A program made the translations under genes and the position numbers. From NCBI GenBank assembly GCA_043813605.1, contig JBDRKX010000111.1, forward strand, positions 1-32,718: a DNA stretch of 32,718 nt. Direction: 5' to 3'. Positions 12,001 through 24,000 of this stretch are shown one piece after another. The DNA comes from Elusimicrobiota bacterium. Its GTDB lineage: Bacteria; CG03; SLGR01; JBDRKX01. The stretch's first letter is position 1. Each line of letters starts with the position of its first letter. Under the pieces are notes generated by a model. It was given only the letters and a program-made list of their open reading frames with translations. It searched no databases and was not told the DNA's origin.

Positions 12001-15000
12001 TGTGTGTATGGTTCACTGTGTTTGGCTTTTCTCTTGTTGTATTCAAAGAGTTTTTTTATCTTTTCATCCGCGCCTTTTTCTGCGTCACTTTTATTTTTCT
12101 GCTGATTCGGTTCCTGCTTTTGCTTACTTTTCTTTCCTTTTTTGCCCTTTTCCTTTTCTTTGCCCTTCTTTTTGCTCTGTTCCTTTTTTGACTGTTGTTT
12201 CTGCATCTCTCTCTGAATTACTTCCAGGTTGAACCGGGCTTCAGAATTATTTTCATCTATCATAAGAGCTTTTTCATAAAGTTCCTTAGCACTCAGCATC
12301 GTGTCTTTCTCTTTCATGGTGAGCTTGGTATTGGCCTGATTATATACGGCATACGACATAATGCTCTTTATGGTCATTATTTTTATGTGCTTTTTTTCAA
12401 ACTCTTCAGTTGAGATAATACCGCGCCTCTTCTTATCCAGTATCTCATCGTAATTCAGCTTATCAAGAGCCGCTTCTCCCATTTCGACTACATTCTGGAA
12501 GTAGACCATGGCCTTTTTCTTGAAAGCGGGATCGCGCTCTCCCATCTTCACAAGGACACTTCCAATATTTATCAGGGGTTCCAAAAGATCCGGATTCTGG
12601 ATACGCACTTCATGGAATTTATGTAATGCCTTCAGATATTCACCATTCTTGAACAACTCATTGCCCTCTTCGAGCCCTTCTATATTGTCAAAGAGTTTCA
12701 CGGGTATCATCCTGTCCAACGCTTCAAACCCGGCGGCGATCTTCTGTCCTATACCTGGAACCTGCTGCCCTTTTTCAACCGTTGCCGGGGTCATCGGTGA
12801 ATCTTCAGGCATCTCTGCTTTTTCCGTAAGAAATCCGTTTTTCAGGAAATAATCCTTGATACCCCGGTTTGTCACTGTATCCGGGATCCCCATGGAAAAC
12901 AGACTTCCTTTTTCGTTTTCCATTGCCTGGGCGCTCTCAACGCCTATACCCTGCCTGCCGAAAAACGCAAGGTTAAGCGATATCAGCAGGGCAAAAAGTG
13001 TTGTCAGCCTTGTGCTGGCAAGGATTATTCTTAAACCTAAGGTCCCTAATGCAAGGAGCGCGAATATCCAGGTTATATCGTTCTGGACTGTCTCACTAAC
13101 AGGAACCATTTTCCTCTGTTTTTCCGAGATCTTTTTATAAGCTGCATCCAGACCGTCCAGGTCATGAGCCATAACGAAAAGCCCGTCAGTCATGTCTGCT
13201 ATAGACTGCATCATCCCCGCGTCGATTTTGCCGGCGCCATCCAGGGCGGCTCCGATCATGAATATATTTATTTTTAATGTCTTCGCATCACTGGCGACTT
13301 CCATCGGGTCGTATGCACCGGCATTCCCGAAACCGTCAGAAAGGACGATGACCGAAGCGCCTTCAAGCTTTTTCAGTATACTGTCATGTAAAACCGGGTT
13401 ACTATCTTTCAGTTCGGCGATCGCTTCATCAAGTTTTCCCTTGTAAACCAGCTCTTTAAGCTCATCCGGGACTTTTTCGTCTTCTACAAAATTAGTCTCT
13501 ATCAGGGCATTCAGAGCGCCGGCCATAGCTTCTCCCATTGCGGTAGAATCGACAAGCTTCTGCTTGATCTTCATCATATCTCTCAGCCCGTTGTAGTCCC
13601 TGGTAGGATACGCTATCACATTTGTCTGGTCACCGAATTTTATTATTCCTATCCTGCTGCTGGTATCTCTCTGCATGTCTAAATACTTGTTGAAAGCTTC
13701 CTGTGATACGCGGTATCCGTTTATCTCCTGCGCCTTGCCTATAACCATACCCATACTGCCCGACTTGTCGAAAACCGCCATAATATCCCTTACAGGCACA
13801 CGGTTAACATGTTTTACAAATCCTAGTTGAGGACCGGCCAGTGCAACAACAATCAGCAGGTACCTGAGAAGATCCACGAACCCTGGAACGAACCCGAACC
13901 TGGTTGCCCATGACTTCTGCTCGGGAAAAAGATCTGTATTCGAATAATCAAAAGCCCGTTTAGCAAGATCCTTTTTCTTTTTGTAATACCTGATACCTAA
14001 AACAGTAAGTACCACGGGTATCAATGAGAGGAACAGAGGATTCTTAAAACTCAACCCATCGACAGCAGTCTGCCCCAGTCCCTGCCCGCTGAAAGCATAT
14101 CCTTCAAAAGCTAATGTAATTAATGTAAATACGGCTCCAAATACAGCTGCTCTTTTCATACTGAAAAACCGGGTTTTCTTTTTGTATTCAAGAGGATTCT
14201 CATTATTTACTGTCTTGACGAAATTCAGGGCAGTTGCCAGGTCGTTTTTCATTTTTATCGGACTCATAGTAGAATCCACATACATCACCAGGTCACTGTT
14301 CTTAAGAAGGTTTCTCAGGAATTCTTTCTGAGTTGTACTTATCTTATTGATCGCATTGACAGCCGCGATCAGTTCTTCTGTATCCCTGTGTTCATTGCCA
14401 AGATTCAGTTGCCTTACAGTGAATTTTTTCAGAGATTCGGAAATAATAGTATAAAAGACTTTTTGTGAGTCTCTGTCAGTATTGATAAACCTTTCAAGGG
14501 CCGAGAGCTCATTAAGCGCTGTTTCTGCCGGATCCTCCGGCTCGATATCCATTCCTCTTTTTCTCCGGATACTCCTTAGAATAAATCTAAATAAAAATAT
14601 TATTATCGGAACGGCGAATATGCCGGCAACGATCCTGGCAACAGGATCAAAGTTTGAGAGTCTTTTAGTAAAACCTGTTTTCAGGTCTTTGAGTTTCAGT
14701 AATATCGGGTGGATGGCTTTTGTAACCGATTCCACAGTGAAACTCGGCATCTTTATATGGGATATAGTGGATTTCCCGGCTTTGTCTTCTCCCGGTATAT
14801 ATGTGCGCACCGAGACAAGAGGTATTTCTCTTTCCCCGAATTCCATTTTGCTCCCGGTATTCATGACAAAAAGGAGTTTCACCTCTTCCTGCCCAATATA
14901 TGATTCCTGTTCACCCATCACCTTTATAATTCTAATATCATCACTCTTATCACTCTGATCACGCAGGATCTCCAGTTCCGTCTCTCGGGGTTTTGTCAGC

Positions 15001-18000
15001 TTGACCTCTACGACAAATTCCTTCATTATTTTAAGCGGTTTGTCGTCTATTATTCTCGTCTGGACGACCGGCGCCGGGAGATTGTCATAAACTGTTGCAA
15101 AACGTTCCCTCTTTCCTTTTTCATATTCACGTGATATTTTTGTACCTATATCTTTAATAAAATCATCTTTTGAAATACTGTCATTGAATCCTTCGACAAA
15201 TTTCTTCGCCCGTTCCAGGACATCTTTAAATCCGGCCCCGTCACCGATCTTTTCCGTAAGAGCAAGCTCTCTCAATCTCTTATTTACTGCATCATTGACA
15301 AGTTCAAATAACAGGACATCATCCGATGCTTTATTGAGATGCTGAGCTACCCGGGCAACAAGTCCCTGCCTTTCAGTCCAGTTATCGCCGTTCATAAAAA
15401 GGCCGATGACCTGCGCAACAAACGCTGATTTTTCAGGCGAGTTACCGTTGATGAACAGGTTCATGAAGATCCTTGCCGCTTTTGCATATTTTACCGGGTA
15501 CGCGACAGAACGGCCGATAAGACCTGATAGCTCCGGCCCGAGACTGTATGTATCCAGCCAGTTCATAGGTATTCCTGCCGGAGTATACCAGGGAACCGCC
15601 TCAGTGAATATATCGCTTCTCAGCTTGCTGACGATATTCTGCCAGTCCCAGTCTTTTACTTCTTCAGCCGTGAGATAATCTTTTCCGAACACTTTAAGTA
15701 CAGCGTCTCTTATGTTTATAATATCATCCCTTTCGTACAGGATCACACCCTCAATATATTTAGATAAGAATCCTAAATACACCTGTAGCGCAAAAGAATC
15801 TCCATAGTCCTTATGCTCTTCGATCATAGTCTTGGTAACAGCTTCGATTATCTTGTCATTATCTTTCTCTTTAGATTTTGCCGACATGCTGATCACTTTA
15901 TCAATAAATGCTCTAACATCATTTTTATTGCCGGAAGACATCCTGTGTATCAGATCTATGAAGTGCATGCCTGAAGCGCCGAGCAGGTAGATCTCCCCGA
16001 TATCCTTGTTAATATTCGTAAATTCTCTTGTCCAGTGAAAAGCTTCATGCGGTGCAATAAATTCAAGAAAGAATGCAATACCCAGTGGACTGTCAAGGAA
16101 TTCTGAAGCAAAGACTATATCGCCCCTCTGGCTCCCTTCACAAGAAACATAAGCCATAAATCCCGGCTGCGACTTTGCCTGCAGTTCTTCGTATGGATAG
16201 ATCCTGACATTTTTTGTTGCCTGTTTCGTCCAGCGGCTGCGTTCGGCATCACTGCCGGCATTCAGGTAATCAAGCTGCGCACGATGGCGGATCCTGAACA
16301 GTTTTTTGAACATCCATAACCGCGCTACCGGAGACATCTTGAACAATTCCGGATTTTCTTCGTCGACCGCATGTTTCCAGTCCGGCATTACATAATTCTT
16401 TATCCAGTTCGTCCAATACTCATCCGAATACTGTTTTTTTCCTGCATACACTTTCTGCTCGTCGTCTTCGAGCGCAACAAGCGCATTCTGCCAGGAATCA
16501 AGTTCTTCCAGCAGATGTTTTGCCATTGAACGGAAGAACTGCTGATGCCGGAGTATGTACTCCATCGATTCAAAGGATTCCTTACCGGCATGAGGCGCGA
16601 TAAGCGGCGCATTTGCTATCTTTATCAGGTGCCTGGGACTGAGTCGGCCGTCATCAAGCACGCCTTCAATAAAATACTTGCGGGCACCCTGCTCTATCTT
16701 AAGCCTTTCCGACTGTTCGGCTGCCTGCATAACATCTCCCTCGGAATATCCTCTTTCTTTCAGTATCTTCTTGAAGGCTTCGATACTGCTGCCGTCCTCC
16801 GAAAGGATCCATGTCATATAGCCTTCTGGTATCGCGTCACACAGTTTTATATTTTCTTCCACGAGCGCCAGAGACACGATCCTGCCCAGCATCCTTGCAG
16901 TATTGATCTCAAGGTATACGAGCGGTTGTTTTGTTTCAGGGTCAGTTACCGCTTTCGCCATGTCTATCCTCTGATCCCTGATATGGTTCATCAGCATGAC
17001 AACTGTTTTTTCATTAATATCTTCTGCCGAGATCCCGCCGTGCATCGTCAACTGATTCAGCGCATTTAAAAGATAAAGATGCTGCTTATTATTCTTGCCG
17101 GTAACATCGTACGGGTATTTCTGCAGCAGGTCCTGTATTATGCCGACCGCTTCTGCCGACGACGAGAGCGCCCGGACCACAGCATACAGGTTAGCCCCTT
17201 GAGTCAACCGGCCTGCAGCTTCAATTAAAGTTTGAATTTGTGCAGCATTGAGCCTGTTGCTCCTGGATAGTACTTCACCGGCCATTACAAGTAATGTTTC
17301 ACCGGATGCCAGCGACTCATCCAGAACAAGTTTTATGCAGAATTCGTTTGTTAGATCCTTATCCATATCTTTTATTATGTTCATTGCCATATAAAATATT
17401 TGCGTATAGTTGGTATCCCCTTTTTTTATTTCCGGCAAAATATTTTTTACCAGGTTAAGGAGCCTTTTAACCGAACCTGCATTAAAGAACTTATCCAGAT
17501 TGCCCGAAGAAGCAAGGAATCTTACATTCTGCATTAGAGATATCATATCTTTTGACATGAGTTCCAGATCGGTTTCTTTTGCCAGGTATCGCGTGAGGAG
17601 TTCTACCGTGAGTTCACTGTGTATCACAGCTATCAGCTCTATCGTCTCCAATTTTTCTTTTTTTGTCATGGATCTTCTGTCATTGAATTTTTCTAGAATT
17701 TCAAGCAGCCCTCTCTTAATCCCGTCTTCCAGATCCGACTGTTTAATAAGATCATCCGCATTGTCTTTGAATCCTATATAATCTTTCTCTATCTCGTCAT
17801 ATAATTGTCCCCTGTAACTCTCATATAAAGTACTGTCTCCCATTATGTGCATAATATCTGATTCGGGTACTGTTCCCGTAAGGTCGGCATAGAGATGGGT
17901 TATTACCTCTTTCTTTGTATTTTCACTTGCACGACGGTCGACTATACCTGCATATGTACTGCGGTCTACATGCGGTACATCTTCACCGCCGGTTTCAAGG

Positions 18001-21000
18001 ATCATCTCCTTGTGGTATCTGATGCTTGATTCACTCAAGAGGTATGCTTCAGGCGGTCTGGAAATAAACGGGAACAGTATCAGGTGGAAGGATATCATGA
18101 ACGCTATCATGGTTCCCATCAGTCTTGAATTCCCGAACCATGTCTTCAACCTGTTTCTCAGGCCAGAAATTTCCGGTTTATGTTCTTTTTCGATAAGTTC
18201 CCTGAGCGCTTTTATAAAACGCTCGCAGTCCTGCCTCGTACCGATCGTTACTCTCGGCCAATGCCCCTCTACCGCCTTGATAATAAGGCCTCTGTCCTCC
18301 AGGTCACGTGATATCTGCGCACCGTCTTTCCCCTTTATCTGGAAAAACAGGAAATTGCCGGCGGTCCTTAGTGTATCGATAAAACCGAACTGCGGGAACT
18401 GCCTTCTAAGAGTTTCAAACTCCCGCAGCATATAGTTCCTGTTCTCATAATTCAGTCTGCAGGTCTCTTCGATCCATTCTTTCTCTTCCAGACCGTACCT
18501 GATTAAAAGCATGGCCCACGCGCTCAGGCTGTCTGCCCTCTGCAATCTGCCTATCCTGGCTATCAGTTCAGGATGCGCGACAGCATACCCGGCGCGCATG
18601 CCGGCAAGCCCGGGGGCTTTCGAAAACGACCTCAGAACCAAGACATTCCTGTCCCCTCTGTTGATGAAATCTTTCACAACGTCCGGGAATTCCCAGCCGT
18701 CCCGAACGGCCTGATACTTTGCATAATCGTAATAGGCCTCATCGACTATTATAACCGTCTTCGGAGAGGCCTGTTTAACCTTCTCTATGAACCCGTACAA
18801 AGTCTTTTTATCCATGACCGTACCCAGGGGATTGGAGGGGTTGACCAGGACCAGTATCTTTGGCCGCTTTTCTTCAACCGCTTTCAGCAGCCCGTCAATA
18901 TCAGCGCTGAAGTCTTCCTTATTGGGCACCTCGACAATATTGATGCCCTTGATCATAGAGGTAAGTTTGTACAGCACAAACGAAGCTTGCGGCATGACAA
19001 CGGTATCACCTTCTGCGGCAAGAGCAGAGACCATCCTCAGTATCACCTCGCTGCCTCCATGTCCCAGGAAGATATTTTCCGGTTTCGTGTCTATGTGTTT
19101 CGAGAGCGCCTGTTTCGTCAAAGATAATTCCCTATCATAGCCGAATATCTCCCTGCCTTCTTTTATCATCTCGAGTCTTCCGACAACGGCATCAATGGCT
19201 TTCCCGGGCAGAATCCCTATATTCTCATTTGATGAAAGCTTTGCAAGCGGCACGTCAAATCCGGGTATCCTCTCCAGTAAGTCATTCAGCGTCGCCTTTG
19301 CCCCCTTGCCCGCCTTGTACGGTTTGAGAGCGGGATTCCTTATCGCTTCTCTCTCAATACTGGAAAGTGACTCATGATATTCTTTATCCGAAGTGATTTC
19401 CGCTGCCGGAAGCACTTCCGTCCTGCCGATACCGCGCTGCTGGAGATATTTCTGTGCGATATGGATGTCCAGTGCATTGATATTGAAAGGCTGTTTTATC
19501 TTGAGAAATTCCTGTATCATCTCGGGCCTTGCGACAAGGAACGCCAAAGGCTCGCCGGCCAGTTTCAAACCATCTGGAAATGTACCCGTCACAATCAGCT
19601 TCTTTGCGGATACCGCGCGCTGAAGACCTGCACGAGAAGGCGCATCGAAAACATTCCCACCCTCATTTATCATAACTATGACATCGTCACCAAGGCCATT
19701 TACCATCTCCTCCAGCTCTTCCTGCGAATAATAAGAGTCCGTGTTGGACACAATGACCACCTTCGGTTTGATCCTTTCCATATCCAGGTCATTGCTTCTT
19801 GCGATATTGAATTTCCTGGTAACACTTTCCTTCAGACGTTTTTCTTCCGCATCCAGGGTGCTTTCGGTTGAAGCTATGAGAAGGACCGTATCCCCTTCAT
19901 TGACAGCCAGATCCTTCAACCATTCGTAGAGTTCGGAGACCTGGTTGCTGATGAGGATATTGTTCCCGGCTATACCCGCATCAGGCATCATTCTGCTGAT
20001 CATATCCGCCAATATCGCGTATTCCTCTTCGGTGTATATATTGAGCTGGGGATCATCTTCAAGATATTCAATAGCTGTGTCTATAGCGGGAAAAGATACA
20101 GCGGGCCTGTCAAAAACCGCCGGTTCTATTTCAGGGATATCCGTATCTTCATCTGTCACTATTGAGAGCACATACCGGTCCGGCCGCAGATACTCTCTTA
20201 TTATTCTCTGTATATCTTCAAGTGTAACAGCGTTGATCCTCTCTTCTGACTTTATGAATGAATCATAGCCGACACCGTGTATCTCACTGCTGGCGAGCAG
20301 TCCGCAGAAACCGTCATTGGACTGCATCATGAGTTTATTTCTGCCCGTTATACTCCGTTTCGCCGTGTCAAGTTCCTCCAGTGTCACTCCTTCTGCATAG
20401 AGTTTTTCTATTTCTTCCCACAGGGTTTCAACTGTTTCCCGGATCTTTTCAGGCGCAGTTTCTACTCCAAAATCAAATAATCCCGAATCAATCCTCCCGT
20501 TATAATCTGTTCCGAGGCTGTATGCGAGGCTTTTTTCATCACGGAGTTTCCTGAAAAGCCTACCCCCGAAACTGCCCAGAATATCTCTCAATACATAAAA
20601 TATATAGCGGTCCTTGCTGTTAATCGTCACAGCGGGAAATGTAAGGCTTACAATCGCTTCTTTACGGTGAGTTCTTTCGACAGGTTTTTTTACGCCGGTC
20701 CATAGGGGGGATCTTCCGGCAGGTTCCAGAGGCGGCGGACCCCTGTTTACCAGTCCGGAAAAATATTTTTCAATATCAGCCATAAGCGTATCAGTATCAA
20801 CATCACCGGAAACCGAAAGCACCATGTTCTCCGGCGTAAAATGGGTTTCATACCATTTCCCTATATCTTCCTTTGTGAATGACTTCACATTGGATACCGG
20901 CCCGTGGATCCTGAAAGAATACGGATGTTCGCTGTCATGCGTATTAGCAGATACCATGTTCCCCATAAGGCTGCCGCTGTCTTCTTCCATCTGTTTTATC

Positions 21001-24000
21001 CCGTTAAGGATATCATGCCGCACTTTTTCAAGATCCTCATCAGAAAAAGAAGGATTCTTTATTATATCGCCCAACAGTTCCAGCCCGAAAGATGTATCTT
21101 CACTTGATAAACCGAGCGCTATATGCGAATAATCGGAACCGGCGCTTATGCCCTGGAATCCGCCCCTGTCTTCTACTTCTTCATTGATATCCTGGTATGT
21201 CCTGTTCTTTGTTCCCCGTACCAGCATCCTTGTTGTGATACTATTGATTCCGTTGTTTTCACTGTTTTCAAGCCGCACGCCCCCTTTGACAAAAAGGCCC
21301 ATGACCACAGAAGGATTGGTATTCTCACGGCTTATCAGCACTGTCAACCCGTTATCCAGAACGATCTTTTCCGGCGCATGGCGGCCGCGTTCATGTTCCT
21401 TAACAAACACTCTTTCCCTGAGTTCTTTGATAGAACGGTACTTCTCTTCGATCCATTTTTTACCGGCAGGATCTGTTTCAGGATAGGATTCTCTAGCCGG
21501 CTGTTTTTCCACCGGGATAATTTCAGGGAATTCTGCGTCAGGATCGGGTTTCATTGTAGCGACCGTTAATCTGTCTTTGGTAAGGTATTTTTTAGCTACT
21601 CTTTGAATATCATCAATGGTTGTCTCTGAAATAGTCTTCAGGTATGCGGCTTTAAGTTCGGGATACCCGACCAGCGCGCCTGATGTGAGTATACCTCCCT
21701 GGCTCTCGACACGTTCAAGTGAAAAGACCTTTTCCGCCATCATGAGTTTCCTCGCCCTTTCAAGTTCTTCTTCCGTCACTCCGCCTGACATGAACCTGTC
21801 CAGTTCTTCCATAATTGCTTCTTTAGTCTTCTCATAGTTCTCGGTATCCATCAGGCCAATGACAGTGAATTCACCGATATACTTGTTCTGCATCGCGTAT
21901 GCACCTATATCATGCACAAGCTGTTTTTCTTCAAATAACGATGTGACCAGCCTGGAAGTGTTTTCTCCGCCCAGTATTACACCGATCAGATCCAGTACCG
22001 GGCTGTCCGGATGAACAAGCCCTGGAACCATCCAGGTATAGATCGTATGAGTCAGGTTCGTACCCTTCCATTTTATAATACCTTCACGGTATTCGGTTTT
22101 GGGCAGCTCGACAGGATGATTATCTGCCGGAACTGTTCCCGGTCTAAAATCTTTGAAACTCTCCTTTATTTTAGCCGCAGCTTCTTCTGGATCTATATCT
22201 CCTGCTACGATAAAAGACATGTTATTGGGAACATAACGGGACCGGTAATATTCCATCAGATCTTCTACAGTCAGTTTTGAGAATTTTTCGGGCTCACCCA
22301 GGACGGTATGACTGTACGGGCTATTAGTATACAGCATGGTCCGGTTAAGATATTCACCCAGCACCCGAGAAGGATCTTTGCGGCTGTCATCCATCTCCTG
22401 GAAGATCACCTTTCTTTCTCTTTCGAAATTTTCCTGTAGAACGGAAAGATGCTGGATCATATCAGAGAGCAGGTCCAGCGCTCTATCGAAATTCTCTTTG
22501 GGAACAGTAATGTGGTAGCAGGTCATATCATGGCTGGTAAACGCATTCGCATTCGCTCCGATGTAACTCATCTCCTGTTTGATCTCGGCAGATGACCTGT
22601 TTTCAGTACCCTGGAAAAACAGGTGTTCCAGGAAATGCGATACACCCAGATCTTCCGGCTCATTGGCAGCACCGGTTTTTACTACAACACGTAAGGTTAC
22701 AACCGGATTTCTCCTGCTTTCCTGGACAATGACTTCCATGTCGTTATCAAGCCTGGTTATCTTCGGAGGTTTCTGCCCCGCAATGATCTTTTCCGCAAGG
22801 CTGATCTCTTTCACATCTTCTTCCCTGTTCTTGTACGACAGGTAGCCTATCCATGGTATAAAGACCAGATTGCCGAAAAGTATGTTCAAGTGCTGCAGGC
22901 CTATGTAAGGCAAAACGAACAGCCTTACAGGATTGACAAAACAGTTATAAAGAATAAAGTCTTTGATCAAAATAGATTTCCAGAACCTCTGCATAAACCA
23001 GTTGAATGATTCCCCTTTTGATTTATACCGCATTATCTCCATGAGTTCTTCAGGGGTCATTCCAAGAAACTTCTTTTTAAATTTATCCTTTATCTCAACC
23101 CAGGTATTTTTTGATAAAACTTCTTTTAATGATTTTTTTGAAACAAGCACACTGCCTGATATGTTCATGAAATGGAATAAGGGAGACCATAAAAGGATCA
23201 TGGCGAGCATCTGAACTGCAATAAAAACCGGTGTTCCAGGAAGAAGCGACAGTATCTCGAGCAGAATATGAAGTCCTACACCCACAAGGAACATATGTTT
23301 AAAGCCTTCTGTTATCCATCTTTTTTCGTCTATCTTCTTTTCTTCAGGCGAAAGGTTCCTCTGCTCTATCATCTGCGCAATATAATCTGCAAAGAGGGTC
23401 AGTCCGAGTGTTGTGCTCATCTTTGAAAGACTGAATGTATTAAAAAGAACGTAATCTTCAATGCCGGGCTGAAAAGGTATGAGTATAGTCGAAAGACACA
23501 AGGCAAGAATAGATATCCTGATCGTTTTCGGGAGATAACTTCCAGTAATACCGGGTGGCCCTCTTTCGGATTTCTGTTTTGCAGGTTGAATAGCGGCCGC
23601 TGTTTCTTGAACGGGTACATATTTATCATAGGATTTCAGCATATCGTTGAATTCCTGTTCGTCAGATTGTGTTTTAAAGAGAATAATCGGCTTGAATTCT
23701 GTTATACCGGACACTTTTTCTCTGCAATACGCAAAAGCTTTACCGTCCTTCACCAATACAGAGTACCTATCACCTTCCTGGGTTACAGTCTGGTTAAATA
23801 CATTTTCAAGGTATACCAGGTCTTCTGTTTCAAGATCAGTTAATTTATACAGTTTATAACCTTTACCCATATCAATGGAGTTATCTTCGATATCTTCAAG
23901 GTTGGCGTTAAAATGCCTGAGTGCCGGCGGCTCATATGTTATCCTTACGCCGTGTTTTATCTCTTCTCTTCTGTCGTATACTTTCTTCACAGTATGGACT

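Noticed and set aside
12060..12200. T/C-rich tract as a terminator or microsatellite
   Set aside because: It encodes the Lys/Gln/Glu-rich tail expected of BatC-like proteins.
16400..16612. 70-aa minus-strand ORF
   Set aside because: Out of frame and nested inside the giant ORF, with no recognisable features.
23417..23629. 70-aa minus-strand ORF
   Set aside because: Out of frame and nested; the main frame is open and gives sensible protein here.
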